IMG/VR virus record: IMGVR_UViG_3300021255_004321
Coordinates: 1 to 64,000 of that record
Reading direction: 5' to 3' (one strand)
Length of the DNA stretch: 64,000 bases
From: a virus
Lineage: Duplodnaviria > Caudoviricetes
The notes under the pieces were generated by a model. The model was given only the letters and a program-made list of their open reading frames with translations. It had not been told where the DNA came from and ran no database searches. Shown in pieces: positions 56,089 to 64,000 of this stretch; position 1 is the first letter of the stretch, and every line of letters starts with the position of its first letter. A program made the position numbers and the translations under genes.

Positions 56089-59000
56089 ATGATGAAAGAA
56101 GGTCTTACATTTATAAGTGAAAGAACAGGTCAGCTTAGATATTCTGACATTGCGACAGAAGAACAGTGGATTCAGCAAACAAGTACATACATTCCAATTC
56201 AAACTATCAAAAGAGGACAGCCTGTTTCAATTGCAACAAAAGAAGACTTGGAAATTGTTGCAAATGGTGATGAAGCTTTGTATGAAGCACTCCTTAATTC
56301 ATCAGACTCTTATGTAGTTTTAACAAACCCAACAAGACATACAAACACAATCGGTCTTGCTTTGGAATATACTGACGGACATCACGAGCTTGTTGATGGA
56401 AAACTTGAAACTGCTCCAAAGATTCATATTATCAACAATGGTAAATACATTGAAGATGCCAACTATTATGCACAGGCTTTTACAGAAGAAGATTCTTATA
56501 CAGTTGCAGGTGATGCCGACTCAGAATATGAGGAATACTGGCCGCCATTCTTTGATGATTATGAAAACTCAATTGGTAAGAAAATCTATGTAAAAGGTTC
56601 AGCTGACGGTGAACTTACACTTGTAAAAGAAGAAGCATACCTCGCTCACAACAATGTTATCGTTCTCGGTTTCGTAACAGACGCTAAACTCAAAGATAAA
56701 GAAAATGAAAAAGATGTTGGCGCAATCGAAGTTCAGGTACAAGGCGATGACCGCGGCCTTATTGATGCAACAATCTTTGAAGCTGTTGTAGGTGAAGACT
56801 TTGTTATAGGTGATACAAAAGTTCAAGCAAACGGCGAAACAAACTGTAAGACAAAAGTATTTGCTTTAGGTTCAGAAGATGATGAAACATTTGAGTTCTC
56901 ATTCAACATCAATCAGCTTGTTAATACTCCAATGCCTAAAGGTTTTATCGCTCTTCAAAGAATTGACGGTAAAACATACATCATTCAGACAAATGGCGAA
57001 ATAAGTGAAAGCCTTCTCAATGAAGGTGAAGCTTATGATTATAATGACCGCGCCTTCTATCAAGTTGCAAAGTATTATGCTGCAAATTATAATGAGTCAA
57101 TCGAAAAAGTAGACCTTGCTGTTACTGAAGCATCAGCAACAAACTTGATTTCAAAGTTGGAAGCTGAACTTAAAAATGCAATGGCTTACATCTCACAAGG
57201 CGAAAATGTTTCATTAAAAGATGGCCATACATCAAACATTACAGACCTTGATTTTGATGAGTCTGAACTTGGCACAAAGCATCGTCTTATTTGTAGAGCA
57301 AACGACATTGGTGGTTACTTTGATGTTTATGTTTCATCAAACTTAACAGGTATTTTATCTGACCTCAATATCAAGTCACACGGTTCATTCTTCAACAGAG
57401 GATATGCTGTTCTTGCAGACATTCGTAATCCTAAGAGACAGAACATTATTGGTATTTACAACTCAGGACATACTGGACTTGTAAAGAAAGGTGAAAATGC
57501 AATTTTCTTAAAGCAGGGTCTTTTCAGAGATGACTCAAATCCTTTTGAAGTAGGTGAAAGATACTATCTCGGTTCACACGGTAACATTTTCAAAGTTCCT
57601 CAAGAATACTACAACTCAATCATCTCAATCGGTTATGCACAATATAAAGATGCTTTAATTGTCGATTGTTGTGATGTAAGACAATATAACAATGGTGACC
57701 TTCCTGTAGGCTATATGAAGCCTTCTATCAAAGGTGAAGCTGAATTCGGCTTCTTGTTGATGAACGGTCAGCCTGTAGAATATGAAGGACACGAACTTCT
57801 TTATAAGAGACTTAAGAACTGGTATGATGAAGCTGACTTGAAGCTTGGTTCATATTCTTTCGGTGAAGTAGAGAAAGCAGGATTTATTATCCCAAAAGTT
57901 CAGTATCAAAAACATACAGGTGAAGAAGAGTCTTATACTCCTGCACAGATTAAGTGGCTTGCAGAAGGCGTTTATAAAGAAATGCCAAGAACACCTTTTG
58001 TTCGTCGCTTCGTTGATATTGATTATCCAAAGCAAGTTGTTGATAACAACGGAGAAGAAGAGGAAATCATCTTAGCACATCAGGCAAGAATACCTGACAT
58101 TGACATTACTCCTCTTATGATTTATGGTCCTGAGGAAGACCGTTTGCAAATCCCAGATTTGGAGAATCTTGACATCAAGTTCTTCGCTGACTTGTCAGAT
58201 GGCAATGTTCCTGAATGGGTACAAATTGACCCAGGCTTCCATTCATTTGATGCACTTACATACTTTGGTTATAAATGGACTGTAACACAAACTAATGAGC
58301 CTTCTGACTCAAATCCTTACGGAACTTGGGTATTGAGAGCAGCTTATAACGGAACACAGGGTCCTAACGAAGTTGATAACGATGATACTGCTATGGGTAT
58401 TTGTTATCAAGCTGACCCATTCTCTCCACCTGTTTCACTTGCAGGTCGTCGTGCAAGAATCTTTGTTGTAAAACACGATTACTACTCAAGACAGTTTGAT
58501 GTTGAAGCTCTTTTCAAAGATTATGTAAAAGAGTCTTTGGTTGATGCAACTGACCAACCTTGGGTAAGCCACGCAATCTCAGGTAACGCTGTTCGTCAGG
58601 ACCTTTACAGAAGAGTTTACACAAAAGACTTATTACTTGGTTCAACTGAAAGAAGAGCTGATGTAAATGGTTATATTCAGTCAATCAGATTGAACGGTGA
58701 AGCTCTTGAGAACGAAGATGAGTTGGCTGCATATACTCTCAACACAAATCTTCGTTTGAAGAATCCTGCAGCTGCAAACGGCGCATTCCTTGATTACTAT
58801 AACGGAATATTAAAGTATTATTATCAGAATGAAACTGAAGATAGCGCAATCTCACATAAAGCAGACTTACAAAAAGACATCTTAAATGAGCCTTACGCAT
58901 TGCTTCCTTCTTATATGTTCAAAGCTCATAAAGAGTTGTTGGTTAAAAATGCAACAGCAAAAGACTTTACAGATCATCCTCACGGAATTGTAAATGATGG

Positions 59001-62000
59001 TTATGAAGGCAACCTTAATGCAAAAACTTTACAATCTGCAAACTTGGGTTACCCACAGCATATCTTGTCAAACAATGTAACAGAAGATGTAAATGAAGTT
59101 TATGTTGAAAAAGAGAATGCTGCAATTGCAATCACAATCCCTTATACACAAAAGACTACTACAGGTGATTACAGAACTCGTCTTGGTAACTTGACAGAAT
59201 ACAGAGACGCAGACGGTAACCTTATAAGACATACAATCAAAACTTATGGTAACACATCTGAACTTGTAGAAGATATTGATATTCGTAATGGCTTTGATTA
59301 CGTTCAGAGAATACGCGGTGGTGTTGGCAGCAACAAGTCAATGAATATCAAGTATGGGTTCTCTGACGACGAACACGATATAACTTTTGAAGATGATAAC
59401 GGAAACCCATTAAGCTTGTATGGTAACTTTGTTCAAACATCTTCAATTAAAAAGAAGTATGTTCTTTCAAGATTTGAAGGTAAGAACTCTCCTGCTATCG
59501 GAAGTGAGTTCTCAGATAAATATATCGGTGACGGTGAAGAGCAAGTATTAAATGAAGCTTTGCAGGCAATTTATGAAATGCCTCTTGCAACATTCAAGTA
59601 TAACAGAGAATACTTATCTGAAGACCCTTGGTACAAGAGATACTTCGGTATTATCGTTGAAAGAATTGCTGCAACAAAAGAAAACTTTGCAAGTGATGCA
59701 GAGTTGACAAACAAGACTGCATTAGACGAAGTTGAGTATACTTATACTGATGAAGAGAAAGCTTCTATTGCAGAATACCTCAAACTTGTAACTGACAACC
59801 CAGAACAGGGTATGCGTGAGTCAACTGTTATTGGTATTCTTTTGAAAGCTGCAAAAGAAACACAGGAAAGATTGCTCAACCTTGAAGTATCAACATACGG
59901 TAAGGATTCTCCTACACTCCCAGGTGAGGACGAAAAGAATCCAAACTTTACAGCAAATGACCAAAAGTCAACAATCGCAGGTCTTAACCGTTTGGTTAAA
60001 GCATTGTGTCGTGAAGTGTTCCAAAATGCTGACCCAACAAATATCAATGAACTTGGCGGTTGGTCTGAAGATGGCGAAAACTATTCACGCCTTGACTTGA
60101 TTGATAAAGAAGTAAACGGTGAAGCTGCAAAGGATGATAACCAAGAAAGAATCTTCCTTACAAAGGATATTGGTAAAACATATCCTGATGTTGCAGATAT
60201 TACAGAAGAAGCTACACCTAATGAGGCGCTTGTTCCTGATACTGCAAATGATAACGACTTCGGCGGCAAAGATGCAGTTAAGTACCCAACAGATACAACA
60301 TATACTTCAAACCCAGAAGATATTGATGACTTTGATGGTATTAACGATGCAATCAACAGAATCGTAGCTAAACTCAATCAACTCACAATTAACATCAACG
60401 GTGAGGACGACATCAAAAAGAATCCAAAGAAACTTGATTACATTCGTGGAACTTTGGTAACACTTCTTCGTGATGTTTACTCTGATGGTTCAGTTGATGA
60501 TGTTGAAAATGGCATATATGTTAAGAAAGGCCTTTCAAGAATTGATAAGATTCTTCAGGACCTTTACAACTTCGATTTAACTTACGGTGCAACAAGAGCA
60601 AAAGTAAATACATACAACGGCAAAGACTTGTATGGTGTAGAAAATAATGAGTCAGCAAGTACAGAAATGATTGACTCATTCAGTTCTCGTTCACCTGAAA
60701 AGATTGAAGATATTTTTGGCAAGGCATCAATTCTTGATGTTATAATTGAACTTCTCTCAGGTAATGAAAACAACTTGGTTAAGACAAAGTTGACACCTTG
60801 GAAAGACCTTGCAAACAATGAAAACAATTGGAAAATAAACGCAGACAACACAGTAGCAACAACATACGATAATACTGCAGAACTTGAAAACAATAAAAAC
60901 TCTCGTAATCATTATACTGTTCTTCAGAGACTTGACGACATTGAAAAAGCATTGACTTTGATGTTCTCAAGATTTGCAAACAAAACTGATTTCACAAAAG
61001 ATGCTCCTCGTATCGGTGAAGGCGCTTATGACGGTGTAACATCAGTTGATGATTATATGAAGTTCTTGAGACGCAACTCAGGACTTTGTTTCCACAGCGC
61101 AGGCTTGTATGCAGATAAAGTTGAAAACGATGAAAGAACTTCTGCAGCCAAAGCAATTACTGCTGAAGATTGGGTAAGACCTGTTCACGACACAGTAGAC
61201 AACTTCGATGTTTACGATACAATCTATGATGCAATCAAACGTATTAAGAACAGTGAAATGAACTTGGGCTACAACAATGCTAAGCTCGGTACTGATTACG
61301 ATACATATAAGAACGGTAACGCAAGAATTACAAAAGATGCTTACGAAACTCTTGCTCCAAACGGTGAGGTTCCAACTCCTGATTATACTGTAACATCTGA
61401 TATGAGAGCAGTTCTTAAATTGCTCTACGGTTCTGACTTGGCAAATGCAGATGCTTCAGATAACAAGACAGGTTCAGTACACTTCAATGTTACTGATGAA
61501 GCAAGTGACAACTTCAAGAACTCTCCTAACGGTGTTTCAGTAATTGATGCATTATATAAGATGTTATATAATGTGCCTCAAGCTTACAACTATGATGCAG
61601 GCGCAGGTACATCATCAAGATTATCAGGAACAGTTGATGCTATATTTGAAAATGCAAAAGGCTTTGACCCAGCAGTTCCAAAAGCTCATATTGCTGTAGG
61701 TGAAAGTGAGTCTCCTGTAGCAGACGGACATCGTAAAGGCTTCATCTTGCAAAATAAAGATGGTAACGCTTACAGAAAGAATCGTATTGATGTTCTTGAA
61801 GATTGGGTAAAAGCTATTTATAGATATGTTGGCTTTGGTAGCACAGAAGATCCATATTACTTCATCGGTGACCTTCACCTTACTTTCGAAGATAGAGATG
61901 ATGGCGATAAAGATGTATTCGTAAATGGAAAACAGTACTGCACAACAGCTTACAACAAGAAGTACATCACAACTTCTGGTAACTATACACTTGCAGAGAT

Positions 62001-63123
62001 TGCTTTACAATCTTACTACAACACACTTAAACTTGAAAAAGTATTAGGTGATGATCCTAACAATTACCCAGTTGATTGGAACTATGTAATCCCTGCAGAA
62101 AGCGAAGACTTCAAGATTAAGTCAAAAGTTGAAACAGACCCAGATAAGGTTAAAGCAACAGGTGTACACGCTGCTCTTAATAAGCTCTACTCATATATCA
62201 ATAAACTTGATGTTGCAGCAATTGATATTGATGAAAGACTTCAGCAATATGCAAGAGACAACGATAAAGAAGTTAAAGATATTAAAGATGAAATTGGAGC
62301 TATCAAAGATGAGATGGGCACAAAGACTGCAGAGTCACCTATCGAAGCAGAAACTCTTTGGGGAGCAATTGAAGAGACAAATGTTGCAAACCGTTTGGTT
62401 GGCGATGTTGATACAGACCTTAAAGAAAAAGATGGCGATACTGTTCTCAAAGACGACGGAAAGCAACAGCCTGACAATAAAGTTGTAACACCTGCTGCTA
62501 TGAAAGCTTATGTTGCAGACATCGTAGAACAGTTGAGAAAAGAATACGATGAAAAGTGTCAGCAAGTAAAAGAACAAGCAATTATCCTTGCATACCTCAA
62601 ATGTAGTAACATTACAGTAATCTCAGATAAGGCAATTCAAATTGACCATAACGGCGAAAATGAGGACTTCATTTGGGAAGAAGGACATACACCTAATGTA
62701 GGTACTCTCGAAGTTGTAGGTCCTGTATCAAAGAGATTCGGTAAAAAGATGTGCAAGATCCGCATCATCGATAATGAAGATAACATTACCTATGAAGCTT
62801 GGTTTGATTATGTTGAAAAAGAATATAGCAACAGCTCATCTTACAAGCAAAACTTCCTCTTAGGAACAATTGATGTAGGTAACCGCTTAACTCCGGTTAT
62901 TACAGAAGATGACATCCAAGGAAATAACTTGAATCCTGTTGTAGAGGAAACTGTTGAGACTGCAAATAACTTGTCAAGCGTTATCACAGATGATGTTGAA
63001 AAAGCTAATAACTTGACTCCTGTTATTACTGAAAACAATCTCACGGTGAATAACTTGACTGTAGGCGATGATAGTGCGACAGATAATTCAACAGGTAGCG
63101 AAGATAGCAGTTCAGGAGAATAA
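56089..63123 (+). CDS. Giant tail fibre-like protein with collar-like and internal S74 chaperone-like domains
   Basis: LPVG...GFLLMNGQ...LLY collar pattern; TSSIKKK...ALQAIYEM..ATFKY...FGIIVE...LLKAAKETQERL. Confidence 0.7.
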   Translation: MMKEGLTFISERTGQLRYSDIATEEQWIQQTSTYIPIQTIKRGQPVSIATKEDLEIVANGDEALYEALLNSSDSYVVLTNPTRHTNTIGLALEYTDGHHELVDGKLETAPKIHIINNGKYIEDANYYAQAFTEEDSYTVAGDADSEYEEYWPPFFDDYENSIGKKIYVKGSADGELTLVKEEAYLAHNNVIVLGFVTDAKLKDKENEKDVGAIEVQVQGDDRGLIDATIFEAVVGEDFVIGDTKVQANGETNCKTKVFALGSEDDETFEFSFNINQLVNTPMPKGFIALQRIDGKTYIIQTNGEISESLLNEGEAYDYNDRAFYQVAKYYAANYNESIEKVDLAVTEASATNLISKLEAELKNAMAYISQGENVSLKDGHTSNITDLDFDESELGTKHRLICRANDIGGYFDVYVSSNLTGILSDLNIKSHGSFFNRGYAVLADIRNPKRQNIIGIYNSGHTGLVKKGENAIFLKQGLFRDDSNPFEVGERYYLGSHGNIFKVPQEYYNSIISIGYAQYKDALIVDCCDVRQYNNGDLPVGYMKPSIKGEAEFGFLLMNGQPVEYEGHELLYKRLKNWYDEADLKLGSYSFGEVEKAGFIIPKVQYQKHTGEEESYTPAQIKWLAEGVYKEMPRTPFVRRFVDIDYPKQVVDNNGEEEEIILAHQARIPDIDITPLMIYGPEEDRLQIPDLENLDIKFFADLSDGNVPEWVQIDPGFHSFDALTYFGYKWTVTQTNEPSDSNPYGTWVLRAAYNGTQGPNEVDNDDTAMGICYQADPFSPPVSLAGRRARIFVVKHDYYSRQFDVEALFKDYVKESLVDATDQPWVSHAISGNAVRQDLYRRVYTKDLLLGSTERRADVNGYIQSIRLNGEALENEDELAAYTLNTNLRLKNPAAANGAFLDYYNGILKYYYQNETEDSAISHKADLQKDILNEPYALLPSYMFKAHKELLVKNATAKDFTDHPHGIVNDGYEGNLNAKTLQSANLGYPQHILSNNVTEDVNEVYVEKENAAIAITIPYTQKTTTGDYRTRLGNLTEYRDADGNLIRHTIKTYGNTSELVEDIDIRNGFDYVQRIRGGVGSNKSMNIKYGFSDDEHDITFEDDNGNPLSLYGNFVQTSSIKKKYVLSRFEGKNSPAIGSEFSDKYIGDGEEQVLNEALQAIYEMPLATFKYNREYLSEDPWYKRYFGIIVERIAATKENFASDAELTNKTALDEVEYTYTDEEKASIAEYLKLVTDNPEQGMRESTVIGILLKAAKETQERLLNLEVSTYGKDSPTLPGEDEKNPNFTANDQKSTIAGLNRLVKALCREVFQNADPTNINELGGWSEDGENYSRLDLIDKEVNGEAAKDDNQERIFLTKDIGKTYPDVADITEEATPNEALVPDTANDNDFGGKDAVKYPTDTTYTSNPEDIDDFDGINDAINRIVAKLNQLTININGEDDIKKNPKKLDYIRGTLVTLLRDVYSDGSVDDVENGIYVKKGLSRIDKILQDLYNFDLTYGATRAKVNTYNGKDLYGVENNESASTEMIDSFSSRSPEKIEDIFGKASILDVIIELLSGNENNLVKTKLTPWKDLANNENNWKINADNTVATTYDNTAELENNKNSRNHYTVLQRLDDIEKALTLMFSRFANKTDFTKDAPRIGEGAYDGVTSVDDYMKFLRRNSGLCFHSAGLYADKVENDERTSAAKAITAEDWVRPVHDTVDNFDVYDTIYDAIKRIKNSEMNLGYNNAKLGTDYDTYKNGNARITKDAYETLAPNGEVPTPDYTVTSDMRAVLKLLYGSDLANADASDNKTGSVHFNVTDEASDNFKNSPNGVSVIDALYKMLYNVPQAYNYDAGAGTSSRLSGTVDAIFENAKGFDPAVPKAHIAVGESESPVADGHRKGFILQNKDGNAYRKNRIDVLEDWVKAIYRYVGFGSTEDPYYFIGDLHLTFEDRDDGDKDVFVNGKQYCTTAYNKKYITTSGNYTLAEIALQSYYNTLKLEKVLGDDPNNYPVDWNYVIPAESEDFKIKSKVETDPDKVKATGVHAALNKLYSYINKLDVAAIDIDERLQQYARDNDKEVKDIKDEIGAIKDEMGTKTAESPIEAETLWGAIEETNVANRLVGDVDTDLKEKDGDTVLKDDGKQQPDNKVVTPAAMKAYVADIVEQLRKEYDEKCQQVKEQAIILAYLKCSNITVISDKAIQIDHNGENEDFIWEEGHTPNVGTLEVVGPVSKRFGKKMCKIRIIDNEDNITYEAWFDYVEKEYSNSSSYKQNFLLGTIDVGNRLTPVITEDDIQGNNLNPVVEETVETANNLSSVITDDVEKANNLTPVITENNLTVNNLTVGDDSATDNSTGSEDSSSGE

Positions 63124-63144
63124 CTAAATATTAGGAGATAGAAA

Positions 63145-63492
63145 ATGGCAAAAAGATATGAGGCAACACAGGAGACTTTAACAGATGCTTCTTATGAAGT
63201 AAGATTGGAAGGCAGCACAATTGATATAAAAAACATCACAGGTATAGACCCAGGCACATTGTATGCAAAGAAAGGCGACACTCCTGTTATGGTTAATGGA
63301 ACTTCTAAAAGCCTTGCTATTTCAGGCAGCATAACAAGTATTGAAGCTGCAGCTACAGCAATTAAGTCAATCTTGTATGTTTTGAAAGGAGCTTCTGACC
63401 ATACTACTGAAGCAATCACTGGTGCACAAAATATCGCAGGTGATCCTGCCCCAGCAGACCTTACATTCGGACAACTTATAGCAATAAACTAA
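63145..63492 (+). CDS. Hypothetical (probably structural) protein
   Basis: AGGAG SD, ACTAAAT motif at 63123. Confidence 0.7.
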   Translation: MAKRYEATQETLTDASYEVRLEGSTIDIKNITGIDPGTLYAKKGDTPVMVNGTSKSLAISGSITSIEAAATAIKSILYVLKGASDHTTEAITGAQNIAGDPAPADLTFGQLIAIN

Positions 63493-63500
63493 TATAACTT

Positions 63501-64000
63501 ATGTCAAACAACTTATATGGCGAACAGTATGATAGCTGTTCGCCTGTAGCACAAACAATATCTTTAACTCTTCAGCATCTTACGATAGATGGCAAAACTT
63601 TAGCAGGTGAACAAGCCGACTATTCAAGTTTCTTTTCAGGCGGTATAACTGAGAAGTTTTTGTTACTTATTAAAGCCCCGTTAAAATATACTTTGTGGTT
63701 TGATTACGATTATAATAAAAAAGACGCTAACGGCGTAAAAGAGCCTAACGGACTTTTTGAAGGTTTGATTTTCAACGTTGATGGTTCTTCAGATGCAAAT
63801 TGTGAAATACTTCCTATGTTTGTTGATGATGATGGAAATCCTATTAGGGTGTTTGCAACATTCAAAATGTATCGTAATTTGAATTATGATGCAAACTCAG
63901 GTGAAAGCTGGAGAACCGACTTATTTAATTTCTTAAAGCAACATTTATATCTTCTTGACAGCATAGTTGATGACAACAATAATGATTTAAAATCCGACTT
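63501..64000 (+). CDS. Hypothetical protein, truncated by window end
   Basis: ATG 63501, MSNNLYGEQYDS..., frame appears open to the end. Confidence 0.6.
   Translation, partial: MSNNLYGEQYDSCSPVAQTISLTLQHLTIDGKTLAGEQADYSSFFSGGITEKFLLLIKAPLKYTLWFDYDYNKKDANGVKEPNGLFEGLIFNVDGSSDANCEILPMFVDDDGNPIRVFATFKMYRNLNYDANSGESWRTDLFNFLKQHLYLLDSIVDDNNNDLKSD

Noticed and set aside
1-64000. tRNA, rRNA or CRISPR arrays
   Set aside because: No cloverleaf, rRNA-like segment or regularly spaced repeat array seen in the short intergenic gaps; not confirmed computationally.

Overview
This window is part of a large, AT-rich, lytic tailed phage with T4-like structural genes, most likely a jumbo myovirus, in standard genetic code. 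The probable host is a spirochete (Treponema-like), judged from its flagellar genes. Virion genes (gp20-like portal, gp25-like wedge, two tail-tube-fold proteins, tape measure, LysM wedge, hub, spike, giant tail fibre) are interspersed on both strands with DNA-metabolism genes (SNF2 helicase, FEN/RNase H, Mre11-like nuclease, RecA, dUTPase, dNMP kinase). Highlights: (1) a phage-borne spirochete flagellar filament operon, flaB-flaA, that retains a CsrA-type AGGA hairpin and a sigma28-like promoter; (2) a catalytically intact long (eukaryote/Thaumarchaeota-type) topoisomerase IB; (3) a family-A DNA polymerase split into pieces in permuted order, with motif A absent and a possible degenerate Hint-like remnant, plus a ligase fragment and a probably split rIIA; (4) a sugar-nucleotide, glycosyltransferase and dNMP kinase cluster suggesting DNA hypermodification; (5) three promoter-like motif classes readable from the sequence, several implying leaderless mRNAs; (6) a candidate ~100-nt structured RNA, a three-copy intergenic element, and a family of putative capsid-internal proteins with recurrent LxE motifs. 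All calls come from motif recognition by eye; no database searches were run.
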